From the NCBI RefSeq assembly GCF_963921235.1, contig NC_086097.1, positions 66,094,001 through 66,158,000 on the forward strand: a stretch of 64,000 nt of DNA, in the 5' to 3' direction. Numbering within the stretch: position 1 is the stretch's first letter; each line of letters opens with the position of its first letter. Of the stretch, positions 52,100 to 63,720 are shown piece after piece. This stretch comes from Mobula hypostoma (Eukaryota). The notes under the pieces are model-generated. The model was not told where the DNA came from and made no database searches. It was given only the letters and a program-made list of their open reading frames with translations. A program made the position numbers and the translations under genes.

Positions 52100-54880
52100 G
52101 GGGCGAGGCTGGAGGCTGGAGACCAGGGGCGAGGCGATGCTGGAGGCTGGAGACCAGGGGCGGGGCGAGGCGAGGCTGGAGGTTGGAGACCAGGGGTGAG
52201 GCGGGGCTGGAGGCTGGAGACAAGGGGCGGGGCGAGGCTGGAGACAAGGGGCGGGGCGAGGCTGGAGGCTGTAGACTAGGGGCGAGGCTGGAGGCTGGAG
52301 ACTAGGGGCGGGGCGAGGCTGGAGGCTGGAGACTGGAGGCGAGGCTGGAGACTAGTGGCTAGGCGAGTCTGGGGGCTGGAGACCAGGGGTGAGGCGGGGC
52401 TGGAGGCTGGAGACCAGGGGCGAGGCGAGGCTGGAGACTGGGGGCGAGGCTGGAGGCTGGAGACTAGGGGCATGAACAGGCTGCAGGTTGGAGATTAGGG
52501 GCGAGGCGAGGCTGCAGGCTGGAGACTAGTGGCGAGGCGAGGCTGGAGACTGGAGGCGAGGCTGGAGGCTGGAGACTAGGGGCGGGGCGAGGCTGGAGAC
52601 AAGGGGCGGGGCGAGGCTGGAGGCTGGAGACTATGGGCGAAGCGAGGCTGGAGACTATGGGCGAGGCGAGGCTTGAGACTAGGGGCGAGGCTGGAGGCTG
52701 GAGACCGGAGACCAGGGGCGAGGTGAGGCTGGAGGCTGGAGACCAGGGGCGGGGCGAGGCGAGGCTGGAGGTTGGAGACCAGGGTGAGGCGGGGCTGGAG
52801 GTTGGAGACTAGGGGCGGGGCGAGGCTGGAGACTGGAGGCGAGGCTGGAGGCTGGAGACTGGAGGCGAGGCTGGAGACCAGGGGCGAGGTGGGGCTGGAG
52901 GCTGGAGAGCAGGGGCGAGGCTGGAGGCTGCAGACTAGAGGCAACGTGAGGCTGTAGGCTGGAGACTAGGGGCAGGGCGAGGCTGGAGGGTGGAGTCTTG
53001 GGGCAGGGCGAGGCTGGAGACTTGATGCGAGGCTGGAGACTAGGGGCGGGGCGAGGCTGGAGATTAGAGGCGAGGCAAGGCTGGAGACTAGAGACGAGGC
53101 TGGAGGCTGCAGACGAGAGGCAATGTGAGGCTGGAGGCTGGAAACTAGGGGCGGGGCTTGGGGCTGGAGACTGGGGGCGAGGCAAGGCTGGAGACTGGGG
53201 TCGAGGCGAGGCTGGAGACTGGGGGCGAGGCTGGAGACTTGGGGCGAGGCGAGGCTGGAGACTGGGGGCGAGGCTGGAGGCTAGAGACTAGGGGCGAGGT
53301 TGGAGGTTGGAGACTAGGGGCGTGAACAGGCTGTAGGCTGGAGATTAGGGGCGAGGCGAGGCTGCATGCTGGAGACTAGTGGCGAGGCGAGGCTGGAGAC
53401 TAGATGTGAGGATGGAGGCTGGAGTCTAGGGGCGCGGCAACGCTGGACACTAGGGGCGAGGCTGGAGACTAGAGGCGAGGCTGGAGATGAGAGGCAATGC
53501 GAGATTGGAGGTTGGAGATTAGGGGCGAGGCGAGGCTGCAGGCTGGAGACTAGTGGCGAGGCGAGGCTGGAGACTAGAGGCGAGGCTGGAGGCTGGAGAC
53601 TAGGGGCGTGAACAGGCTGCAGGTTGGAGATTAGGGGCGAGGCAAGGCTGCAGGCTGGAGACTAGTGGCGAGGCTGGAGGCTGGAGACTAGGGGCGAGGC
53701 TGGAGGCTGGAGACTAGGGGCGGGGCGAGGCTGGAGACAAGGGGCGGGGCGAGGCTGGAGGCTGGAGACCAGGGGCGAGGCGAGGCTGGAGGCTGGAGAC
53801 CAGGGGCGGGGCGAGGCGAGGCTGGAGGCTGGAGACCAGGGGTGAGGCGGGGCTGGAGGCAGGAGACAAGGGGCGGGGCGAGGCTGGAGACAAGGGGCGG
53901 GGCGAGGCTGGAGGCTGTAGACTATGGGCGAGGCTGGAGGCTGGAGACCAGGGGCGAGGCGAGGCTGGAGGCTGGAGACCAGGGGCGGGGCGAGGCGAGG
54001 CTGGAGGTTGGAGACCAGGGCTGAGGCGGGGCTGGAGGCTGGAGGCTGGAGACTGGAGGCGAGGCTGGAGACTAGGGGCGAGGCGAGTCTGGGGGCTGGA
54101 GACCAGGGGGGGCGAGGCTGGAGGCTGGAGACCAGGGGCGAGGCGAGGCTGGAGACTGGGGGCGAGGCTGGAGGCTGGAGACTAGGGGCATGAACAGGCT
54201 GCAGGTTGGAGATTAGGGGCGAGGCGAGGCTGCAGGCTGGAGACTAGTGGCGAGGTGAGGCTGGAGACTGGAGGCGAGGCTGGAGGCTGGAGACTAGGGG
54301 CGGGGCGAGGCTGGAGACTAGGGGCGGGGCGAGGCTGGAGGCTGGAGACTATGGGCGAAGCGAGGCTGGAGACTATGGGCGAGGCGAGGCTTGAGACTAG
54401 GGGCGAGGCTGGAGGCTGGAGACCGGAGACCAGGGGCGAGGTGAGGCTGGAGGCTGGAGACCAGGGGCGGGGCGAGGCGAGGCTGGAGGTTGGAGACCAG
54501 GGGTGAGGCGGGGCTGGAGGTTGGAGACTAGGGGCGGGGCGAGGCGCGAGGCTGGAGGCTGGAGACTGGAGGCGAGGCTGGAGACCAGGGGCGAGGCGGG
54601 GCTGGAGGCTGGAGAGCAGGGGCGAGGCTGGAGGCTGCAGACTAGAGGCAACGTGAGGCTGTAGGCTGGAGACTAGGGGCAGGGCGAGGCTGGAGGGTGG
54701 AGTCTTGGGGCAGGGCGAGGCTGGAGACTTGATGCGAGGCTGGAGACTAGGGGCGGGGCGAGGCTGGAGATTAGAGGCGAGGCAAGGCTGGAGACTAGAG
54801 ACGAGGCTGGAGGCTGCAGACGAGAGGCAATGTGAGGCTGGAGGCTGGAAACTAGGGGCGGGGCTCGGGGCTGGAGACTG
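52100..54880 (+). repeat. ~1.7-kb-period duplication (~52100-53170 vs ~53720-54880)
   Basis: GAGACCGGAGACCAGG occurs at 52701 and 54421 (offset 1720); ORF offset 52998/54705 is 1707; GGCTGTAGACTA is shared. Confidence 0.75.
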
Positions 54881-57800
54881 GAGGCGAGGCTGGAGACTGG
54901 GGGCGAGGCTGGAGACAAGGGGCGGGGCGAGGCTGGAGGCTGGAGACAAGGGGCGGGGCGAAGCTGGAGACAAGGGGTGAGGCTGGAGACAAGAGGCGAG
55001 GCTGGAGACTATGGGCGAGGCGTGGCTGGAGGCTGCAGACTAGGGGCGTGGGCGTGGCTGGAGACTATGGGCGAGGCGTGGCTGGAGGCTGGAGACTAGG
55101 GGCGGGGCTGGGGGCTGGAGACTGGGGGCGAGGCGAGGCTGGAGACTGGGGGCGGGGCGAGGCTGGAGACTAGGGGCAGGGCGTGGCTGGAGACTGGGGG
55201 CGTGGCAAGGCTGGAGACTGGGGGCGAGGCGAGGCTGGAGACTTGAGACTGGAGGCGAGGCTGGAGACTGGGGGCGAGGCGAGGCTGGAGGCTGGAGACT
55301 GGGGGCGAGGCGAGGCTGGAGACTGGTGGCGAGGCGAGACTGGAGACTTGAGACTGGAGGCGAGGCTGGAGACTAGGGGCGGGGCGAGGCTGGAGACTAG
55401 GGGCGGGGCGAGTCTGGAGGTTGGAGACCAGGGGTGAGGCGGGGCTGGAGATTGGAGACTAGGGGCGGGGCGTGGCTGGAGGCTGGAGTCTGGGGGCGAG
55501 GCTGGAGACTAGGGGCGAGGCGAGTCTGGGGGCTGGAGACCAGGGGTGAGGCGGGGCTGGAGGCTGGAGACCAGGGGCGAGGCAAGGCTGGAGACTAGAG
55601 GCGAGGCTGGAGGCTGCAGACTAGAGGCAATGCGAGGCTGTAGGCTGGAGACTAGGGGCGGGGCGAGGCTGGATGGTGGAGTCTAGGGGCAGGGTGAGGC
55701 TGGAGACTTGATGCGAGGCTGGCGGCTGGAGACTAGGGGCGGGATGAGGCTGGAGGCTGGAGATTAGAGGCGAGGCAAGGCTGGAGACTAGAGACGAGGC
55801 TGGAGGCTGCAGACGAGAGGCAATGTGAGGCTGGAGGGTTGAAACTAGGGGCGGGGCTCGGGGCTGAAGACTGGGGGCGAGGCGAGGCTGGAGACTGGGG
55901 TCGAGGCGAGGCTGGAGACTGGGGGCGAGGCTGGAGACTAGGGGCGAGGCGAGGCTGGAGACTGGGGGCGAGGCTGAAGACGGGGCAAGGCTGGAGACTG
56001 GGGGCGAGGCTGGAGACTAGAGGCGAGGCTGGAGACTAGGGGCGTGAACAGGCTGCAGGTTGGAGATTGGGGGCGAGGCGAGGCTGCAGGCTGGAGACTA
56101 GTGGCGAGGCGAGGCTGGAGACTAGAGGCAAGGCTGGAGGCTGGAGACTAGAGGCGAGGCTGGAGACTAGGGGCGAGGCTGGAGGCTGGAGACTAGGGGC
56201 GGGGTGAGGCTGGAGGCTGGAGACTAGGGGCGAGGCTGGAGGCTGGAGACCAGGGGCGAGGCGAGGCTGGAGGCTGGAGACCAGGGGCGGGGTGAGGCGA
56301 GGCTGGAGGTTGGAGACCAGGGGTGAGGCGGGGCTGGAGGTTGGAGACTAGGGGCGGGGCGAGGCTGGAGACTGGGGGCGAGGCTGGAGGCTGGAGACTG
56401 GAGGCGAGGCTGGAGACTAGGGGCGAGGCGAGGCTGGGGGCTGGAGACCAGGGGCGAGGCGGGGCTGGAGGCTGGAGAGCAGGGGCGAGTCTGGAGGCTG
56501 CAGACTAGAGGCAATGTGAGGCTGTAGGCTGGAGACTAGGGGCAGGGCGAGGCTGGAGGGTGGAGTCTTGGGGCAGGGCGAGGCTGGAGACTTGATGCGA
56601 GGCTGGCGGCTGGAGACTAGGGGCGGGGCGAGGCTGGAGGCTGGAGATTAGAGGCGAGGCAAGGCTGGAGACTAGAGACGAGGCTGGAGGCTGCAGACGA
56701 GAGGCAATGTGAGGCTGGAGGGTGGAAACTAGGGGCGGGGCTCGGGGCTGGAGACTGGGGTCGAGGCGAGGCTGGAGACTGGGGTCGAGGCGAGGCTGGA
56801 GACTGGGGGCGAGGCTGGAGGCTGGAGACTAGGGGCGAGGTTGGAGGCTGGAGACTAGGGGCGTGAACAGGCTGTAGGCTGGAGATTAGGGGTGAGGCGA
56901 GGCTGCAGGCTGGAGACTAGTGGCGAGGTGAGGCTGGAGACTAGATGTGAGGCTGGAGGCTGGAGTCTAGGGGCGAGGTGAGGCTGGAGTCTAGGAGCGA
57001 GTTGAGCCTGGAGACTAGGGGCGAGGCTGGAGACTGGAGACTAGGGGCGAGGCTGGAGACTGGATACTAGAGGCGAGGCTGGAGGTTGGAGTCTAGGGCG
57101 GGGCGAGGTGAGGCTGGAGGCTGGACACTAGGGGCGAGGCTGGAGGTAGGAGACTGGAAGCGAGGCTGGAGGATGGAGACTAGAGGTGGGGTGAGCCTGG
57201 AGGCTAGAGGCGAGGCTGGAGGCTGGAAACTAGAAGCGGGGCGAGCCTGGAGACTGGAGACTAGAGGCGGGGTGAGCCTGGAGGCTAGAGGCGAGGCTGG
57301 AGGCTGGAGACTAGAGGCGAGGTGAGGCTGGAGACTCGAGTCGAGGCTGGAGGCTGGAGACCCGGGGCGGGGCGAGGCGAGTCGAGGCTGGAGGCTGGAG
57401 ACTAGGGGCGAGGCTGGAGGCTGGAGACTAGAGGCGAGGCGAGGCTGGTGGCTGGAGACTAGAGGCGAGGCAGGGCTGGAGGCTGGAGACTAGAGGCAAG
57501 GCGTGGCTGGAGGCTGGAGACTAGAGGCAAGGCTGGAGGCTGGAGTCTGGGGATGAGGCTGGAATATCGAGACTAGAGGCGAGGCTGGAGACTAGAGGAG
57601 AGGTAAGGCTGGAGATGGGAGATGAGTCGAGGGTGGAGACGCGAGGCAAGGCGAGAGTGGAGGCTGGAGACTAGAGGCGAGGCGAAGCTGGAGTCTGGTG
57701 ACTAGAGGCGGGGTGAACCGTGAGGCTGGAGACTAGAGGCGAGGCTGGAGGCTCGAGACTAGAGGCGAGGCTGGAGGCTGGAGTCTAGGGGCGAGGCGAG

Positions 57801-58299
57801 GCTGGAGGCTGGACACTTGGGGCGAGGCTGGAGTCTGGAGACTGGAGGCGAGGCAGGGCTGGAGGCTGGAGACTAGAGGCAAGGCGAGGCTGGAGACTAG
57901 AGGCAAGGTTGGAGGCTGGAGTCTAGGGGCGGGGCGAGTCGAGGCTGGAGGCTGGACACTAGGGGCGAGGCTGGTGGTAGGAGACTGCAAGCGAGGCTGG
58001 AGGCTGGAAACTAGAGGCGAGGCGAGGCTGGAGACGAGAGGCGAAGCGAGAGGCTGGAGGCTGGAGACTAGAGGCGAGGAAAGGCTGGAGACTAGAGGCG
58101 AGGCTGGAGGATCGAGTCTAGAGGCGAGGCTGGAGGCTCAAGACTAGAGGCGAGGCGAGGTTGGAGACTAGAGGCAAGGCGAGAGTGTAGGCTGGAGACT
58201 AGAGGCGAGGCGAAGCTGGAGTCTGGTGACTAGAGGCGGGGTGAGCCTTGAGGCTGGAGACTAGAGGCGAGGTGAGGCTGGAGACTAGAGGGGAGGCGA

Positions 58300-61200
58300 G
58301 GCTGGAGACCAGAGGCGAGGCGAGGCTGGAGACTAGGGGCGTGGTGAGGCGAGGCTGGAGAGTAGGGGCGAGTCTGGAGGCTGGAGACCAGAGGCAAGAT
58401 GAGGCTGGAGGCTGGAGACTAGAGGCGGGGCTGGAGACTGGAGACGCGAGGCGAGGCTGGAGACTAGAGGAGAGGCGAGGCTGGAGTCGCGAGACGAGTC
58501 GAGGCTGGAGATGCGAGGCAAGGTGAGAGTGGAGGCTGGAGACTAGAGGCGAGGCGAGGCTGGAGACTAGAGGCGAGGCGAGGCTGGAGACCAGAGGCGA
58601 GGCGAGGCTGGAGACTATTGGCGTGGTGAGGCAAGGCTGGAGACTAGGGGCGAGTCTGGAGGCTGGAGACCAGAGGCAAGATGAGGCTGGAGTCTGGTGA
58701 CTAGAGGCGGGGCGAGGCTGGAGACTAGAGACTGGAGACGCGAGGCGAGGCTGGAGACGCGAGACGAGTCGAGGCGAGAGTGGAGGCTGGAGACTAGTGG
58801 CGTGGCGAGGCGAGGCTGGAGACTAGAGGCGAGGCGAGACTGGAGACTAGGGGCGAGGCGAGGCTGGAGGCTGTAGACTAGTGGCGAGGCTGGAGGCTGG
58901 AGACTAGAGGCGAGGCAAGGGTGGAGTCTGGAGACTAGGGGCGAGGTGAGGCTGGAGGCTGGAGACTAGGGGCGAGGCGAGGCTGGATGCTGGAGACTAG
59001 GGGCGAGGCGAGGCTGGAGGCTGGAGACCGGGGGCAACGCGAGGCTGGGGACCGGGGGCGACGCGAGGCTGGAGGCTGGAGACCAGGGGCGGGGCGAGGC
59101 TGGAGACCCGGGGCAGGGCGAGGCTGGAGGCTGGAAACTAGGGGCGAGGCTGGTGGCTGGAAACTAGGAGTGAGGCGAGGCTGGAGGCTGGAGACTAAGG
59201 GCAAGGCGAGGCTGGAGGCTGGAGACTAGGGGTGAGGCGAGGCTGGAGACTAGGGGCGAGGCGAGGCTGGAGGCTGTAGACTGGGGGTGAGGCGAGGCTG
59301 GAGACTAGGGGCGAGGAGAGGCTGGAGGCTGGAGACTAGGGGCGAGGCGAGGCTGGAGGCTGGAGACTAGGGGCGAGGCGAGACTGGATACTAGAGGCGA
59401 GGCGAGGCTGGAGGCTGGAGACTAGCGGCGTGGCGAGGCGAGGCTGGAGACAAGAGGCGAGGCTGGAGACTAGAGGTGAGGCTGGAGGCTGGAGACTGAG
59501 GCGAGGTTTGGCTGGAGGGTGGAGACTAGATGCGAGGCTGGAGGCTCGAGACCAGAGGTGAGTCTGGAGACTAGAGTCGAGGCTGGAGACTAGAGGCGAG
59601 GCTGGAGACTGGAGGCGAGGCTGGAGGCTGGAGACTAGGGGCGAGGCGAGTTGAGGCTGGAGGCTGGAGACTTGGGGCGAGGCGAGGCAGTAGGCTGGAG
59701 ACTAGAGGCGAGGCTCGAGGCGTGAGGCAAGGCTGGAGGCTGGAGACGCGAGGCGAGGCTGGAGGCTGGAGACTCGGGGCGGGGCGAGGCTGGAGGTTGG
59801 AGACAAGGGGCGGGGTGAGGCAAGGCTGGAGACCAGGGCCGAGGCAAGGCTGGAGACTAGGGGTGGAGTGAGGCTGGAGGCTGGAGACTAGGGGTGAGGC
59901 AAGGCTGGAGGCTGGTGACCAGGGGCGAAGCGAGGCTGGAGGCTGGTGACGAGGGGCGAAGCGAGGCTGGAGACTAGAGGCGGGGTGAGGCTGGAGGCTG
60001 GAGACTAGAGGCGAGGCGAGGCTGGAGGCGCGAGGCGAGGCTGGAGACGCGAGGCGAGGCTGGAGGCTGGAGACTAGGGGCGGGGTGAGGCAAGGCTGGA
60101 GACTAGGGGCGAGGCAAGGCTGGACACTAGGGATGGAGTGAGGCTGGAGGCTGGAGACTAGGGGTGAGGCAAGGCTGGAGGCTGGTGACTAGGGGCGAAG
60201 CGAGGCTGGAGGCTGGTGACTAGGGGCGGGGCGAGGCTGGAGACTAGAGGCGGGGCTGGAGACTGGAGACGCGAGGCGAGGCTGGAGACTAGAGGAGAGG
60301 CGAGGCTGGAGTCGCGAGACGGGTCGAGGCTGGAGACGCGAGGCAAGCTGAGAGTGGAGGCTGGAGACCAGTGGCGAGGCGAGGCTGGAGACCAGTGGCG
60401 AGGCGAGGCTGGAGACCAGAGGCGAGGCGAGGCTGGAGACTAGGGGCGTGGTGAGGCGAGGCTGGAGACTAGGGGCGAGTCTGGAGGCTGGAGACCAGAG
60501 GCAAGATGAGGCTGGAGGCTGGAGACTAGAGGCGGGGCTGGAGACTGGAGACGCGAGGCGAGGCTGGAGACTAGAGGAGAGGCGAGGCTGGAGTCGCGAG
60601 ACGAGTCGAGGCTGGAGATGCGAGGCAAGGTGAGAGTGGAGGCTGGAGACCAGTGGCGAGGCGAGGCTGGAGACTAGAGGCGAGGCGAGGCTGGAGACCA
60701 GAGGCGAGGCGAGGCTGGAGACTAGGGGCGTGGTGAGGCAAGGCTGGAGACTAGGGGCAAGTCTGGAGGCTGGAGACCAGAGGCAAGATGAGGCTGGAGT
60801 CTGGTGACTAGAGGCGGGGCGAGGCTGGAGACTAGAGACTGGAGACGCGAGGCGAGGCTGGAGACGCGAGACGAGTCGAGGCGAGAGTGGAGGCTGGAGA
60901 CTAGTGGCGTGGCGAGGCGAGGCTGGAGACTAGAGGCGAGGCGAGACTGGAGACTAGGGGCGAGGCGAGGCTGGAGGCTGTAGACTAGTGGCGAGGCTGG
61001 AGGCTGGAGACTAGAGGCGAGGCAAGGGTGGAGTCTGGAGACTAGAGGCGAGGTGAGGCTGGAGGCGCGAGGCGAGGCTGGAGACGCGAGGCGAGGCTGG
61101 AGGCTGGAGACTAGGGGCGGGGTGAGGCAAGGCTGGAGACTAGGGGCAAGGCAAGGCTGGAGACTAGGGGTGGAGTGAGGCTGGAGGCTGGAGACTAGGG

Positions 61201-63350
61201 GTGAGGCAAGGCTGGAGGCTGGTGACTAGGGGCGAAGCGAGGCTGGAGGCTGGTGACTAGGGGCGGGGCGAGGCTGGAGACTAGAGGCGGGGCTGGAGAC
61301 TGGAGACGCGAGGCGAGGCTGGAGACTAGAGCAGAGGCGAGGCTGGAGTCGCGAGACGAGTCGAGGCTGGAGACGCGAGGCAAGGTGAGAGTGGAGGCTG
61401 GAGACCAGTGGCGAGGCGAGGCTGGAGACTAGAGGGGAGGCGAGGCTGGAGACCAGAGGCGAGGCGAGGCTGGAGACTAGGGGCGTGGTGAGGCGAGGCT
61501 GGAGACTAGAGGCAAGGTGAGGCTGGAGGCTGGAGACTAGAGGCGGGGCTGGAGACTGGAGACGCGAGGCGAGGCTGGAGACTAGAGGAGAGGCGAGGCT
61601 GGAGTCGCGAGACGAGTCGAGGCTGGAGACGCGAGGCAAGGTGAGAGTGGAGGCTGGAGACCAGTGGCAAGGCGAGGCTGGAGACTAGAGGCGAGACGAG
61701 GCTGGAGACCAGACGCGAGGCGAGGCTGGAGACTAGGAGCGGGGTGAGGCGAGGCTGGAGACTAGGGGCGAGTCTGGAGGCTGGAGACCAGAGGCAAGAT
61801 GAGGCTGGAGTCTGGTGACTAGAGGCGGGGCGAGCCTGGAGGCTGGAGACGCGAGGCGAGGCTGGAGGCTGGAGACGCGAGGCGAGGCTGGAGGCTGGAG
61901 ACTCGGGGCGGGGTGAGGCTGGAGGTTGGAGACAAGGGGCGGGGTGAGGCAAGGCTGGAGACCAGGGGCGAGGCAAGGCTGGAGACTAGGGGTGGAGTGA
62001 GGCTGGAGGCTGGAGACTAGGGGTGAGGCAAGGCTGGAGGCTGGTGACCAGGGGCGAAGCGAGGCTGGAGGCTGGTGACGAGGGGCGAAGCGAGGCTGGA
62101 GACTAGAGGCAGGGTGAGGCTGGAGGCTGGAGACTAGAGGCGAGGCGAGGCTGGAGGCGCGAGGCGAGGCTGGAGACGCGAGGCGAGGCTGGAGACGCGA
62201 GGCGAGGCTGGAGGCTGGAGACTAGGGGCGGGGTGAGGCAAGGCTGGAGACTAGGGGCGAGGCAAGGCTGGACACTAGGGATGGAGTGAGGCTGGAGGCT
62301 GGAGACTAGGGGTGAGGCAAGGCTGGAGGCTGGTGACTAGGGGCGAAGCGAGGCTGGAGGCTGGTGACTAGGGGCGGGGCGAGGCTGGAGACTAGAGGCG
62401 GGGCTGGAGACTGGAGACGCGAGGCGAGGCTGGAGACTAGAGGAGAGGCGAGGCTGGAGTCGCGAGACGGGTCGAGGCTGGAGACGCGAGGCAAGCTGAG
62501 AGTGGAGGCTGGAGACCAGTGGCGAGGCGAGGCTGGAGACCAGTGGCGAGGCGAGGCTGGAGACCAGTGGCGAGGCGAGGCTGGAGACCAGAGGCGAGGC
62601 GAGGCTGGAGACTAGGGGCGTGGTGAGGCGAGGCTGGAGACTAGGGGCGAGTCTGGAGGCTGGAGACCAGAGGCAAGATGAGGCTGGAGGCTGGAGACTA
62701 GAGGCGGGGCTGGAGACTGGAGACGCGAGGCGAGGCTGGAGACTAGAGGAGAGGCGAGGCTGGAGTCGCGAGACGAGTCGAGGCTGGAGATGCGAGGCAA
62801 GGTGAGAGTGGAGGCTGGAGACCAGTGGCGAGGCGAGGCTGGAGACTAGAGGCGAGGCGAGACTGGAGACCAGAGGTGAGGCGAGGCTGGAGACTAGGGG
62901 CGTGGTGAGGCAAGGCTGGAGACTAGGGGCAAGTCTGGAGGCTGGAGACCAGAGGCAAGATGAGGCTGGAGTCTGGTGACTAGAGGCGGGGCGAGGCTGG
63001 AGACTAGAGACTGGAGACGCGAGGCGAGGCTGGAGACGCGAGACGAGTCGAGGCGAGAGTGGAGGCTGGAGACTAGTGGCGTGGCGAGGCGAGGCTGGAG
63101 ACTAGAGGCGAGGCGAGACTGGAGACTAGGGGCGAGGCGAGGCTGGAGGCTGTAGACTAGTGGCGAGGCTGGAGGCTGGAGACTAGAGGCGAGGCAAGGG
63201 TGGAGTCTGGAGACTAGAGGCGAGGTGAGGCTGGAGGCGCGAGGCGAGGCTGGAGGCGCGAGGCGAGGCTGGAGACGCGAGGCGAGGCTGGAGGCTGGAG
63301 ACTAGGGGCGGGGTGAGGCAAGGCTGGAGACTAGGGGCAAGGCAAGGCTG
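58300..63350 (+). repeat. ~2.1-2.2-kb higher-order repeat of sub-domain II (one block present three times, from ~58300, ~60410 and ~62580)
   Basis: Near-identical ORFs at 58333/60440/62612 (offsets 2107, 2172). 59733-61160 is repeated at 61862-63350. There is an internal 1037-bp sub-period (60158/61195). Confidence 0.85.
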
Positions 63351-63516
63351 GAGGCTGGAGACTAGGGGCGATGCAAGGCTGGAGGCTGGTGACTAGGGGC
63401 AAAGCGAAGCTGGAGGCTGTAGACTCGTGGCGAGGTTGGAGGCTAGGGGCGAGGCGAGGCTGCAGGCTGGAGACTGGGGCGAGGCTGTAGGCTGGAGACT
63501 AGAAGCTGGGTGAGGG

Positions 63517-63720
63517 TGTAGGCTGGAGACTAGAGGCGAGGCGAGGCTGTAGGCTGGAGACTAGATGCGAGGCGAGGCTGTAGGCTGGAGACTAGAGGCG
63601 AGGCGAGGCTGTAGGCTGGAGACTAGATGCGAGGCTGTAGGCTGGAGACTAGATGCGAGGCGAGGCTGTAGGCTGGAGACTAGAGGCGAGGCGAGGCTGT
63701 AGGCTGGAGACTAGAGGCGA
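63517..63720 (+). repeat. Local homogeneous 31-bp tandem repeat GGCTGGAGACTAGA(G/T)GCGAGGCGAGGCTGTA (~6.5 copies, one 26-bp)
   Basis: Read directly from the sequence; the GGCTGTA variant is present in consecutive monomers. Confidence 0.8.

Larger units (their letters stand above)
1..56980 (+). repeat. Satellite sub-domain I: irregular higher-order cycle (mean ~1.5 kb) of landmark modules
   Basis: Recurring diagnostic variants: GGCAACGTGAGG...GACTTGATGCG...GGCAATGTGAGG...GGAAACTAGGGGCGGGGCTCGGGG; GGGGCGTGAACAGG...GATTAGGGG...CTGCAGG...ACTAGTGG; GATGAGAGGCAATGCGAGATTGG. About 35 copies of the GGAAACTAG-type landmark counted by eye between ~2250 and ~56724. Confidence 0.9.

Noticed and set aside
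57333..57342. 10-bp palindrome GACTCGAGTC as a regulatory site
   Set aside because: It is a single occurrence, derivable by a few substitutions from the monomer, with no gene context.
36235..59156. Scattered Chi octamers GCTGGTGG (e.g. ~36235, 39704, 41897, 45089, 46783, 57445, 59149)
   Set aside because: These are single A>T variants of the ubiquitous GCTGGAGG or C>T variants of GCTGGCGG; nothing indicates a bacterial RecBCD context.
83..62805. Numerous short ORFs encoding G/R/E/W-rich (+) or P/S/L-rich (-) peptides, up to 263 aa
   Set aside because: They overlap in all frames on both strands, mostly start at GTG/TTG, and mostly end at the monomer's CTAG, which gives TAG on both strands. 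The 5-, 7- and 19-bp indels do not preserve frame, so there is no sign of coding constraint.
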